Below the pieces are notes generated by a model. The model was not told the DNA's origin. It made no database searches and saw only the letters and a list, made by a program, of their open reading frames with translations. A DNA stretch of 64,000 nt from contig JBAOHL010000007.1 of NCBI GenBank assembly GCA_037045045.1, positions 241,950 to 305,949 on the forward strand, given 5' to 3'. The stretch comes from Dermatophilaceae bacterium (GTDB lineage: Bacteria; Actinomycetota; Actinomycetes; Actinomycetales; Dermatophilaceae). Made by a program: the position numbers and the translations under genes. Below, one piece after another: positions 54,432-63,292 of this stretch. Each line of letters starts with the position of its first letter. Position 1 is the stretch's first letter.

Positions 54432-55598
54432 GTGACCACCCAGACCATGCCAACCGCCGGGGCGCAGGCCGGCCCTGCCACCCCGGTGCTCTCGGTCCGC
54501 GATCTCGTCGTCCACTTCCCCACCGAGGACGGGCTCGTCAAGGCCGTCGACGGGATGAGCTTCGACCTGTATGCCGGCAAGACGCTCGGCATCGTCGGGG
54601 AGTCCGGGTCGGGCAAGTCCGTGACGAGCCAGGCCATCATGGGCCTGCACCGCGGCACCCGGGCCCGGGTGTCCGGGCAGATCCGTCTCGGCGAGGACCA
54701 GCTGCTCACCATTCCCGACGAGCGGCTGCGCACCCTGCGCGGTCGGGACGTCGCCATGGTGTTCCAGGACCCGCTCTCGGCGCTGCATCCGTACTACACC
54801 GTCGGCAACCAGATCACGGAGGCCTACCAGGTCCACCACGACGTGAGCCGTTCGGCGGCCCGCGCGCGGACCGTCGAGATGCTCGGGCTCGTCGGTATCC
54901 CCAACCCGGCCAAGCGGATCGACCAGTATCCCCACGAGTTCTCCGGCGGGATGCGCCAACGCGCGATGATCGCCATGGCGTTGATCAACGACCCGAAGCT
55001 GCTCATCGCCGACGAGCCGACGACCGCCCTGGACGTCACCGTCCAGGCCCAGATCCTCGACCTCATGAAGGACCTGCAGCAGCAGTTCGGGTCGGCGATC
55101 ATCCTCATCACCCACGACCTCGGGGTGGTCGCTCACATGGCCAACGACATCATGGTCATGTACGGCGGTAAGGCCGTCGAGAAGGGCACCGTCGACCAGG
55201 TGTTCTACCACCCCCAGCACCCCTACACGATGGGTCTGCTCAAGTCGATGCCCCGGCTCGATGAGGTCCGCCGGACCCAGCTCGACCCGATCCCCGGCAA
55301 CCCGCCCTCGCTCATCAACCTGCCCACCGGCTGTGCCTTTCACCCTCGATGCGCCTACCGCGCCGAGGTCCCTGACGGCCGCTGCGACCGCGAGGCGCCG
55401 CAACTGGAGGTGCTGGCCACCGGGCAGGAGGCCCGCTGCTTCCTCACCGAGGCCGATCGGATCCGGCTTCGGTTCGACCAGCAGACCCGTTCCGAGCCCT
55501 CGCCCGAGGAGCTCGCCGCCCGCACCGGTGAGGGCGACGAGAGCGGGCCGACCCGCCAGAACAGCGGGACGACCTCGCAGGAGGGTGAGCCACGATGA
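54432..55598 (+). CDS. ABC transporter ATP-binding protein (OppD/DppD-like)
   Basis: Walker A GESGSGKS, signature FSGGMRQR and Walker B LLIADEPTTALD, with a C-terminal oligopeptide-type extension. Confidence 0.92.
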   Translation: MTTQTMPTAGAQAGPATPVLSVRDLVVHFPTEDGLVKAVDGMSFDLYAGKTLGIVGESGSGKSVTSQAIMGLHRGTRARVSGQIRLGEDQLLTIPDERLRTLRGRDVAMVFQDPLSALHPYYTVGNQITEAYQVHHDVSRSAARARTVEMLGLVGIPNPAKRIDQYPHEFSGGMRQRAMIAMALINDPKLLIADEPTTALDVTVQAQILDLMKDLQQQFGSAIILITHDLGVVAHMANDIMVMYGGKAVEKGTVDQVFYHPQHPYTMGLLKSMPRLDEVRRTQLDPIPGNPPSLINLPTGCAFHPRCAYRAEVPDGRCDREAPQLEVLATGQEARCFLTEADRIRLRFDQQTRSEPSPEELAARTGEGDESGPTRQNSGTTSQEGEPR

Positions 55599-56647
55599 GT
55601 GCGGCACCGTTGGACGAGGCGACGGCCGTCCTCGCGGGGGCCGCCCAGGTCGAGGTCGGCGACACGGTGCTGCGGGTCACCGAATTGCGCAAGCACTTCC
55701 CGGTGAAGAAGCCAGGGATCATCCGTCGGCCCGACGACCCGGTCAAGGCCGTCGACGGCATCGACCTCGCCGTACGCCGCGGCGAGACGATCGGACTCGT
55801 GGGCGAGTCCGGGTGCGGCAAGTCGACGGCCGGACGGACCATGCTCAAACTGCTCGAACCCACGAGCGGCACGATCGAGTTCGCCGGCGAGGACATCACC
55901 CGCGCCACGGGCAAGCGGCTGCAGCGCCTGCGGCGTGAGATGCAGATGGTCTTCCAGGACCCGTACGGCTCGCTCAACCCCCGGCACAGCGTCGGCAAGA
56001 TCATCGCCGCGCCGTTCGAGATCCAGCGGGTCAAGCCGCCCGGTGGGGTGAAGAAGTCCGTCCAGGAACTCATGGAGCGGGTCGGGCTCAACCCCGAGCA
56101 CTACAACCGTTACCCTCACGAGTTTTCCGGCGGCCAGCGCCAGCGGATCGGGGTGGCCCGCGCCATCGCGCTCAAGCCCCAGGTCATCGTTTGCGACGAA
56201 CCGGTGTCGGCCCTCGACGTGTCGATCCAGGCGCAGGTGGTCAACCTGCTCGAGGAGATCCAGAACGCCGAGAAGATGGCGTACATCTTCGTCGCCCACG
56301 ACCTGTCCGTCGTGCGGCACATCTCCGACCGGGTCGTCGTCATGTACCTCGGCAAGGTCATGGAGGCCGCCGACCGCGACGAACTCTACGAGCGCCCCCA
56401 GCATCCCTACACCCACGCGCTGCTCTCGGCCGTGCCGATCCCCGACCCCCGGGTGTCCGAATCGCGCGACCGCATCCTGCTCAAGGGCGAGCTACCCAGC
56501 CCCCAGAACCCGCCGTCCGGCTGCGTGTTCCGCACCCGTTGCCCTAAGGCGCAGGAGCGGTGCGCCGCCGAGGTCCCGGTCGCCGTCGAGGTGTCACCCG
56601 GCCACCGGGTGGCCTGCCACTTCCCCGAACTGCGCGTGGTGGTCTGA
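55595..56647 (+). CDS. ABC transporter ATP-binding protein (OppF/DppF-like)
   Basis: Walker A GESGCGKST, signature FSGGQRQR and Walker B VIVCDEPVSALD. ATGA overlap with the preceding gene. Confidence 0.92.
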   Translation: MSAAPLDEATAVLAGAAQVEVGDTVLRVTELRKHFPVKKPGIIRRPDDPVKAVDGIDLAVRRGETIGLVGESGCGKSTAGRTMLKLLEPTSGTIEFAGEDITRATGKRLQRLRREMQMVFQDPYGSLNPRHSVGKIIAAPFEIQRVKPPGGVKKSVQELMERVGLNPEHYNRYPHEFSGGQRQRIGVARAIALKPQVIVCDEPVSALDVSIQAQVVNLLEEIQNAEKMAYIFVAHDLSVVRHISDRVVVMYLGKVMEAADRDELYERPQHPYTHALLSAVPIPDPRVSESRDRILLKGELPSPQNPPSGCVFRTRCPKAQERCAAEVPVAVEVSPGHRVACHFPELRVVV

Positions 56648-56668
56648 GCTCGGCGTACCCTGCCGCTC

Positions 56669-57550
56669 ATGGCTCGCCTGGTGTTCGTCCACGCGCACCC
56701 GGACGACGAAACGCTCGCGACGGGTGTGGCGATCGCCCACTACGCCGCGGGCGGCCACGACGTGCATGTCGTCACCGCGACCCTCGGCGAGCACGGCGAG
56801 ATCATCCCGCCCGAGCTGGCACACCTGGGCGCCGATCGCGACGACACCCTCGGCGAGTACCGGCGAGGGGAGCTCGCCGCGGCGCTGCGCGCCCTCGGCG
56901 CGACCGGGCACCATCTCGGCGGACCGGGCCGCTACCGCGACAGCGGCATGGCCGGTATGCCGTCGGCCAGCGACCCGCGCGCGTTCGCGTCCGCCGACGT
57001 CGCCGAGGCGGCGGGTTTGCTCGGCACCCTGCTGCGCGATGTCGGCGCCGACGTCGTCGTGTCCTACGACCGCGGCGGCGGTTACGGACACCCCGACCAC
57101 ATCCAGACCCGCCGGGTCCTCGAGGCGGCCCTCGCCGGGCTGCCGTCGCGGTCGGGCGTCGCGGCATACGAAGTCGTCGTCCCGCGCTCGTGGGCGGCGC
57201 AGGACCGCGAGTGGCTCGCCGGGCACGTCCCCGACGAGTCGGATCTGCACGTGCCGGCCCCCGACGAGCCGTATGCCGTGGGCGTCGTCGACGACGCCCT
57301 GGTGACCCATGTCGTCCTCGACGAGGCCGCCGGTCGGCGACAGGTGCGGGCGCTGCAGGCCCACCGCACCCAGGTGCGGGTGGTCGACGGGTACTACGCG
57401 CTGAGCAACGCGGTGGCCGCACGGCTGGCGACCCGGGAGGCATTCGTCCGCCTGGATCCCGCGACCGGTGAGCGGGTCCCGCCGGGCGAGGGCGGGTGGG
57501 CGAGCGACCTGCTGGCCCCACGGACCGACCGGCCAGGACCTCGGCCATGA
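56669..57550 (+). CDS. mshB: N-acetyl-1-D-myo-inosityl-2-amino-2-deoxy-alpha-D-glucopyranoside deacetylase (mycothiol biosynthesis, PIG-L family)
   Basis: 293 aa. FVHAHPDDETLATGVAIAHY...VHVVTATLGEHGEI closely resembles the MshB N-terminus. The paralogue Mca cannot be fully excluded by eye. Confidence 0.8.
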   Translation: MARLVFVHAHPDDETLATGVAIAHYAAGGHDVHVVTATLGEHGEIIPPELAHLGADRDDTLGEYRRGELAAALRALGATGHHLGGPGRYRDSGMAGMPSASDPRAFASADVAEAAGLLGTLLRDVGADVVVSYDRGGGYGHPDHIQTRRVLEAALAGLPSRSGVAAYEVVVPRSWAAQDREWLAGHVPDESDLHVPAPDEPYAVGVVDDALVTHVVLDEAAGRRQVRALQAHRTQVRVVDGYYALSNAVAARLATREAFVRLDPATGERVPPGEGGWASDLLAPRTDRPGPRP

Positions 57551-58041
57551 CCGTCGCCCCCGACGAGGAGGTCTTCCGGAGGGCCTTCGGGCGCTTCGCG
57601 ACCGGGGTCGCAGTGGTGACCTGCCGGCACGACGGGCTCGACCACGCGATGACGGCCAACGCGGTGGCCTCGGTGTCGCTCGACCCGCCGCTGGTCCTCG
57701 TCTGCGTCGAGGTCGAGACCCGATTCCACGAGGCCATCGTTGGCGTCGACGCGTGGGGGGTGTCCGTCTTGACGGCCTCGGCGCGACCCGCAGCTCGGTG
57801 GCTGGCCACCAAGGGTCGACCGCTGCAGGGCCAGCTCGACGTGGTCGCCCACCATCGGGGACCGCTGACCGGAGTCGCGTTGCTCGACGACTCCCTGGCC
57901 ACCCTGGAGTGCCGGACCGCCGCCATCCACCCGGCCGGCGACCACAGCATCGTCGTCGGGCAGGTGCTCGGCCTGACGCTCGCCGAGTCGGAGCAGCCGG
58001 CGTTGACCTTCTACCGCGGGGCCTTCGGTTCGTTGCGGTGA
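57547..58041 (+). CDS. flavin reductase family protein (HpaC/NADH:flavin oxidoreductase-like)
   Basis: ATG 57547 with an ATGA overlap on mshB. FRRAFGRFATGVAVVT...MTANAVASVSLDPPLVLVCV is typical of the flavin reductase domain; 164 aa. Confidence 0.85.
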   Translation: MTVAPDEEVFRRAFGRFATGVAVVTCRHDGLDHAMTANAVASVSLDPPLVLVCVEVETRFHEAIVGVDAWGVSVLTASARPAARWLATKGRPLQGQLDVVAHHRGPLTGVALLDDSLATLECRTAAIHPAGDHSIVVGQVLGLTLAESEQPALTFYRGAFGSLR

Positions 58042-58826
58042 CCCCGGGTGCGCAGGGCGACACTGCCGAGCTGCTCCCGAAGGTCGTGTTCGATGCCCTT
58101 CGCGCAGGCCGACAGCGCTGCGACGATGCCGGGGAGCCGGAGGTCGGTGAACCGCGAGGCCGGCAGGCCGACCGAGATCGCGGCCTCGGCGCGCCCGTCG
58201 TCGCCGCGGACGGGGTACCCGATGGCCGTGACGCCGGCTTCGGTCTCCTCGACGTTGAGGGCGAACCCGCGCTCGCGCAGCACCCGCAGATCGCCGCGCA
58301 AGGCCGCGAGGTCGACCGGGGGCGTGTCGGGCCCGGAGGTCCGCGGGTCGTAGACGGCGTCGAGCTCGGCGTCGGTGAGATCGGCGAGCAGCAGTCGGCC
58401 ACCGGTCGTCAGGTGGGCGGGGAAGACCATCCCCTCGCGGCTGCCCACCCGGAGCACCTGGCCCCCCTCGACGCTCGCGATGAAGCGGGTATGGGCACCG
58501 GATCGGATGAGCAGGTTGGCCGACTCGCGGACCCGTTCGGCGAGGGTCTCCAGGTGTGGCATGGCGACCTCGCGCAACCGGGCCGTGCGCGAGCGGGAGG
58601 TCGCGGCGAGGGAGAGCACCGGCCCGGCGTCGTAGCTTCGGTCGGGCCGCTGGACGGCGAAGTCGCGGTAGACCAGCATGGACAGCAGCCGGTGCGCCGT
58701 CGAGCGGGCGACCCCGAGGCGCTCGGACGCACCGGTGACCGTCAGCGGTCCCTCGACCTGGAGCATGACCGCCAAGGCGAGGGCGTGGTCGACGCTGGTG
58801 ATGCCGTAGTGCGGTTGATTCTTCAT
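58011..58826 (-). CDS. IclR-family transcriptional regulator
   Basis: 271 aa with HTH TVTGASERLGVARSTAHRLLSML and an IclR effector domain. It is divergent from the gentisate genes, and its 3' end overlaps the flavin reductase 3' end by 31 nt. Confidence 0.9.
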   Translation of the reverse strand: MKNQPHYGITSVDHALALAVMLQVEGPLTVTGASERLGVARSTAHRLLSMLVYRDFAVQRPDRSYDAGPVLSLAATSRSRTARLREVAMPHLETLAERVRESANLLIRSGAHTRFIASVEGGQVLRVGSREGMVFPAHLTTGGRLLLADLTDAELDAVYDPRTSGPDTPPVDLAALRGDLRVLRERGFALNVEETEAGVTAIGYPVRGDDGRAEAAISVGLPASRFTDLRLPGIVAALSACAKGIEHDLREQLGSVALRTRGHRNEPKAPR

Positions 58827-58953
58827 AACAGAATCCCCTGTTCTTTACCGCGAAACACCTCCATTCTGGACTTCGTCGGCGAGTTGTCAACCCCGTGGCC
58901 CGGGTCGGCGCTCGAGACGAACCCCGCCCCACCGTCGTCGAAGGAGTCAGCCC

Positions 58954-60099
58954 ATGAGCACACCGGTCGTCTCTCCGGTGCATCTGCGGGCCGTGTCGGC
59001 CCCGAACCAGCCCGAGCCCACCCCGGAGCTCGAGGAGCTCTACCGAGGGTTCGAGAAGGAACTGCTCGTCCCGCTGTGGACCGAAATCGGCGACCTCATG
59101 CCGCCTCATCCGCGCTCCAAGGCCCAGCCCCACCTGTGGGAATGGAGCACGCTGCTCGACCTGGCCGGCAAGGCCGGGCACATCGTGCCGGTCGGCCGCG
59201 GCGGCGAGCGGCGGGCCATCGCCCTGGCCAACCCCTCACTCGGCGGCAAGCCCTACGCCACGCCCACCCTGTGGGCGGCGATCCAGTACCTCATGCCCGG
59301 CGAGGACGCGCCGGAGCACCGACACACCCAGAACGCCTTCCGCTTCGTCGTCGAGGGCGAGGGGGTGTGGACCGTCGTCGAGAGCGACCCCGTGCCGATG
59401 AGCCGCGGCGACTTCCTCCCGCAGGCCGGCTGGAACTGGCACGCCCACCACAACGCGGCGACCGAACCGATGGCCTGGATCGACGGGCTGGACATCCCCT
59501 TCGCCTACGAGGTCGAGGGCCTGTTCTTCGACTACGGGCGCGACGAGATCACCGAGGCTGAGCACGCCACCCCCGAGCGCTCGCGCTCCGAGCGGCTGTG
59601 GGGCCATCCGGGCCTGCGGCCGGTCTCCCAGCTGGGCGCCTCGCAGGGCTCGCCGCTGCTGAACTACAAGTGGGTCGACACCGACCGCGCTCTCAGCGAC
59701 CAGCTCGCCCTCGAAGCCGAGGGGTATGCCGTGACCGTCGAGCCGGGCCACGCCGCGGTCCGGTACAGCAACCCGACGAATGGCCTGGACTGTCTGCCGA
59801 CGATCCGCACCGAGATGCACCGCATCGTCAAGGGCGTGCAGACGGCGACCCGCCGCGAGGTGGGCTCCTCGGTCTTCGCGGTGTTCAACGGGGCCGGGCG
59901 GGTCACCGTGGGCGACTTCGGCTGGAGCGTCAGTCGTGGCGACGTCTTCGTCGTCCCGTCGTGGATGCCGCTGACGATCACCTCGGAGGCATCCCCCTCC
60001 GACTCGGACTCCGGCGCCCTGGACCTCTTCCGGTTCAGCGACTCCCCGATCTTCGAGAAGCTCAACCTCGCCCGGATCTCTGTGGAGGGGACGGACTGA
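58954..60099 (+). CDS. gentisate 1,2-dioxygenase (bicupin)
   Basis: 381 aa containing PLWTEIGDLMPPHP and the His-rich cupin motif APEHRHTQNAFRFVVEGEG...AGWNWHAHHN. Confidence 0.9.
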   Translation: MSTPVVSPVHLRAVSAPNQPEPTPELEELYRGFEKELLVPLWTEIGDLMPPHPRSKAQPHLWEWSTLLDLAGKAGHIVPVGRGGERRAIALANPSLGGKPYATPTLWAAIQYLMPGEDAPEHRHTQNAFRFVVEGEGVWTVVESDPVPMSRGDFLPQAGWNWHAHHNAATEPMAWIDGLDIPFAYEVEGLFFDYGRDEITEAEHATPERSRSERLWGHPGLRPVSQLGASQGSPLLNYKWVDTDRALSDQLALEAEGYAVTVEPGHAAVRYSNPTNGLDCLPTIRTEMHRIVKGVQTATRREVGSSVFAVFNGAGRVTVGDFGWSVSRGDVFVVPSWMPLTITSEASPSDSDSGALDLFRFSDSPIFEKLNLARISVEGTD

Positions 60100-60944
60100 T
60101 GCGCCTGGCGACTGTGCGCACGGCCGACGGCTCGACGGCAGCCGGCCGTGTCGAGGGCGACGGATACGTCGAGCTCGGCGTGCCCGACCTCGTCGACCTG
60201 CTGGCCGATCCCAATTGGCGCGAGCGCGCGGCATCCGCGAGTGGCGCGGTCCGCCCGCTGGCCGACGTCACGTATGCCGCGGCCGTCCTGCGGCCGAGCA
60301 AGATCGTCTGCGTCGGGCTCAACTACCGCAGCCACATCCTCGAGATGGGTCGGGACCTCCCGCAGTACCCGACCCTCTTCTCCAAGTTCGCCGACACCCT
60401 CATCGGGGCCGGTGACGACATCTTGCGCCCGGTCGAGACCGAGGAGTTCGACTGGGAGTGCGAACTCGGCGTCGTCATCGGCGCGACCGTGCGTCGCGCC
60501 ACGGCGGAGCAGGCGCAGGCGGCGATCGCCGGCTTTACGGTCGTCAACGACATCACCTGCCGGGATTGGCAGTTCCGCACCCGGGAGTGGCTGCAGGGGA
60601 AGAACTGGCAGTCCTCGACACCGGTCGGGCCGGTCGTCGTCACCCCTGACGAGCTGCCCGGCGGGATCCGTCCGGCCCTGGACTTCCGCACCGTCGTCGA
60701 CGGCGTGACGATGCAGGACAACAACACCGGCGACCTCCTGTTCGACCCGGTCGCGCTCGTCGAGTACATCTCGACGATGGTCACCCTGCGCCCCGGCGAC
60801 CTCATCGCCACCGGGACGCCGGGCGGTGTCGGGCACGCCCGCAAGCCCCCGGTCTACCTCACTGCCGGTCAGCGCGTGGTCACCGAGATCGACGGCATCG
60901 GCCGGCTCGACAACCTCGTCGTCGCCGACGGGCCAGCCGCATGA
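60099..60944 (+). CDS. fumarylacetoacetate hydrolase-family enzyme (fumarylpyruvate hydrolase)
   Basis: ATG 60099 overlaps the preceding stop. FAH-domain motifs are present: VGLNYRSH, FDWECELGVVIG, GDLIATGTPGGVG. Confidence 0.88.
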   Translation: MRLATVRTADGSTAAGRVEGDGYVELGVPDLVDLLADPNWRERAASASGAVRPLADVTYAAAVLRPSKIVCVGLNYRSHILEMGRDLPQYPTLFSKFADTLIGAGDDILRPVETEEFDWECELGVVIGATVRRATAEQAQAAIAGFTVVNDITCRDWQFRTREWLQGKNWQSSTPVGPVVVTPDELPGGIRPALDFRTVVDGVTMQDNNTGDLLFDPVALVEYISTMVTLRPGDLIATGTPGGVGHARKPPVYLTAGQRVVTEIDGIGRLDNLVVADGPAA

Positions 60945-61666
60945 CGCAGCCGCCGCAGCGCACCCCCGAGGACGGGCGGCGGTGGATGGCCGAGGGCACG
61001 ACGATCTTCCTCACTGCCCTCGACCTGGCCGACGACGATAGGCTCGCCGGCCCGACCGCGCTGGCCGGCTGGACCGGCAAGCACATCGTCGCCCACGTCG
61101 GTGCCAACGCCGAGGCCGTGGGCAACCTCGTCCACTGGGCCCGGACCGGCGAGCCGACCCCGATGTACTCCTCGATGGACCAGCGCGCCGCAGACATCGA
61201 GAGCCGCTCGCACTGGGACATCCCGGCGCTGCGCGACCGGGCTCGATCCAGCGCCGCGGAGCTCGCCGCGCGCATGGCTGAGCTCACCGACGAGCAGTGG
61301 GCCACCGAGATCGTCACCGCCCAGGGCCGGCGGGTGCCGGCCACCGAGGTCCCCTGGATGCGCACCCGCGAGGTGATGATCCACGCGGTGGACCTTGGCA
61401 CCGTCGGGTTCGCCGACCTGCCTGCCGACTTCCTCGTCGCCCAAATCGGTGACGTCGTCGGCAAACGCTCCGGCGCGGCAGACGAACCGGGGCTGGTCGT
61501 CGCCCCGAGCGACTCGCCGCTGCGCTGGTCGGTCGAGGGCACCGGCGACCCGGTCACCGTCACCGGCTCGCTCGCCGACCTCACGGCATACCTCACCGGC
61601 CGCGCCGGCGGCCCCGTCACCACCCCCGCCGGAGACCCGGCACCCGCCCTGCCCCGCTGGCTGTAA
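60941..61666 (+). CDS. mycothiol-dependent maleylpyruvate isomerase (DinB_2/MDMPI family)
   Basis: 241 aa. Contains LAGWTGKHIVAHVGANAEAVGNLVHWARTGE and has the MDMPI N- plus C-domain architecture. ATGA overlap with the hydrolase gene. Confidence 0.85.
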   Translation: MTQPPQRTPEDGRRWMAEGTTIFLTALDLADDDRLAGPTALAGWTGKHIVAHVGANAEAVGNLVHWARTGEPTPMYSSMDQRAADIESRSHWDIPALRDRARSSAAELAARMAELTDEQWATEIVTAQGRRVPATEVPWMRTREVMIHAVDLGTVGFADLPADFLVAQIGDVVGKRSGAADEPGLVVAPSDSPLRWSVEGTGDPVTVTGSLADLTAYLTGRAGGPVTTPAGDPAPALPRWL

Positions 61667-61707
61667 CCCACCCCGGCGATAGCCCGAAAGAGAAACAAGG
61701 AGAAACG

Positions 61708-62949
61708 ATGAGCACACGTGACGTCGATGTCGTCGTCGTCGGAGGGGGGATCGGCGGGCTCGCTGCCGCCCAGGCGCTGGCCAAGAAGGGCCTGGCCGTG
61801 CGGGTCCTGGAGATGGCCCCGGAGTTCGGCGAGGTGGGCGCGGGCCTGCAGATCGGCCCGAACTGCACCCGCATCCTCAACCAGTGGGGCCTTCTCGACG
61901 AGGTCAAGTCGCTCGGCGTGATTCCCGAGAACATCATTATGCGCGACGCGATGGATGGGTCCGAGTTGACTCGTCTGGACCTCAGGGACGTCGAGAAGCG
62001 CTACGGGTTCCCCTACATGGTCATCCACCGCAGCGACCTGCACGCGACGTTCCTGCGGGCCTGCCAGCGCGAGGGCGTCGAGCTGATCAACAACGTGCGC
62101 GTCACGGCATACGAGAACGTCGGTGACGGCGCCCAGGCGATCAGCGACGGGCGCGTCGACGAAGCCGAGGTCGTCATCGCCGCGGACGGGATCAAGTCGG
62201 TGGCGCGCGGCTACCTCGTGCAGGACGAGCCGCAGAACTCCGCCTATGTCGCCTACCGAGGCGCGGTCCCCATCGACGAGGTCCGCGGCAACGACATCTC
62301 CGAGACCGACGTCGTGGTCTACGTCGGCCCGGCGCGTCACTTCGTCCAGTACCCGCTGCGCCAGGGCGAGATGTTCAACCAGGTCGCCGTGTTCCAGTCG
62401 CCCAAGGCCCTCGCCGGCGAGGAGGACTGGGGGACCCCCGACGAGATGGACGGCGCGTTCGTCGGCTCCTGCGCCCCGGTCATCACCGGTCTGCAGCACA
62501 TGTGGCGCGACAAGTGGTGGCGGATGTTCGACCGGCTGCCGATCCCCAACTGGATCAACGGGCGGGTCACGCTGCTCGGCGACTCCGCGCACGCTCCGCT
62601 GCAGTACCTCGCCCAGGGCGCCATCATGGCGATGGAGGACGCCTGGGTGCTCTCCGAGCACGTCGCCCTGCAAGGGGTCAAGGGGTCCGTTGCCCAGGGC
62701 AGCTCACCGGGCGTCGACTGGGACAAGGCGCTGGCGGCGCTCAACGCGGTACGTCCGATCCACACCAAGCGGGTGCTCACCACCGGTCGCGAGTGGGGCG
62801 AGTTCTGGCACCACGACGGGGCCAAGCGCGACTGGCGCAACGAGGTGTTGCGCGCGCGCGACGTCCACGACTACTCCTTCGTCGACTGGCTGTACGGGCC
62901 GACCGCCATGACGCCCGAGCAGATCCCGCCGATGTTCGAGAAGCTCTGA
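61708..62949 (+). CDS. FAD-dependent aromatic monooxygenase, 3-hydroxybenzoate 6-hydroxylase-like
   Basis: 413 aa with the FAD fingerprint VVVVGGGIGGLAAA and the DG and GD motifs (IAADGIKS, LLGDSAHAPLQYLAQGA). The gentisate-cluster context supports the substrate assignment. Confidence 0.85.
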   Translation: MSTRDVDVVVVGGGIGGLAAAQALAKKGLAVRVLEMAPEFGEVGAGLQIGPNCTRILNQWGLLDEVKSLGVIPENIIMRDAMDGSELTRLDLRDVEKRYGFPYMVIHRSDLHATFLRACQREGVELINNVRVTAYENVGDGAQAISDGRVDEAEVVIAADGIKSVARGYLVQDEPQNSAYVAYRGAVPIDEVRGNDISETDVVVYVGPARHFVQYPLRQGEMFNQVAVFQSPKALAGEEDWGTPDEMDGAFVGSCAPVITGLQHMWRDKWWRMFDRLPIPNWINGRVTLLGDSAHAPLQYLAQGAIMAMEDAWVLSEHVALQGVKGSVAQGSSPGVDWDKALAALNAVRPIHTKRVLTTGREWGEFWHHDGAKRDWRNEVLRARDVHDYSFVDWLYGPTAMTPEQIPPMFEKL

Positions 62950-63003
62950 CGCAGCGAGGCTTCGGACGGGTATGCCGGGTGACCGGAGCCCCGTCCGGCC
63001 GAG

Positions 63004-63041
63004 GGAGCGGCACGCCGCCGGGGGCGGGGGCGTGCCGCTCC
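63004..63041 (+). terminator. 13-bp perfect stem hairpin downstream of the monooxygenase gene
   Basis: ggagcggcacgcc (63004-63016) pairs with ggcgtgccgctcc (63029-63041) around a 12-nt G-rich loop, 55 nt after the stop at 62949. Confidence 0.6.
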
Positions 63042-63044
63042 TGC

Positions 63045-63158
63045 GTCTGCCGGGCGGCTCGGCCGTATCCGGTGTCGAGCCGCTCGGCCGTACCCGGTGT
63101 CTGCCGGGCGGCTCGGCCGTAACCGGTGTCGAGCCGCTCGGCCGTACCCGGTGTCTGG
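63045..63158. repeat. 54-bp tandem repeat (2 copies plus the start of a third), each built from two 25/29-nt sub-repeats
   Basis: gtctgccgggcggctcggccgtaNccggtgtcgagccgctcggccgtacccggt begins at 63045 and again at 63099, and gtctgg at 63153 starts a third copy. The core gctcggccgtaNccggtgtc recurs at about 63057, 63082, 63111 and 63136. Confidence 0.9.
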
Positions 63159-63292
63159 TCGCGGGGCCGTCGCGCCCGCTGGCCCTGCGCGCGCCGCCGC
63201 GGTCGGCCGCCCGGTCTGACCTACCGTGGTGGCGCCGCCCGTTGCCGACCCGAGGGCCGGGCCCGGCACGGCGACGGTGAGGAGGTCCGGGA

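Noticed and set aside
58827-58953. Candidate IclR operator in the IclR / gentisate dioxygenase divergent spacer: AACAG-N7-CTGTT at 58827-58842, and CAGAAT...ATTCTG at 58829/58863.
   Set aside because: The arms are only 5-6 bp and would arise by chance in an AT-richer spacer. I cannot support a specific operator call without comparative data.
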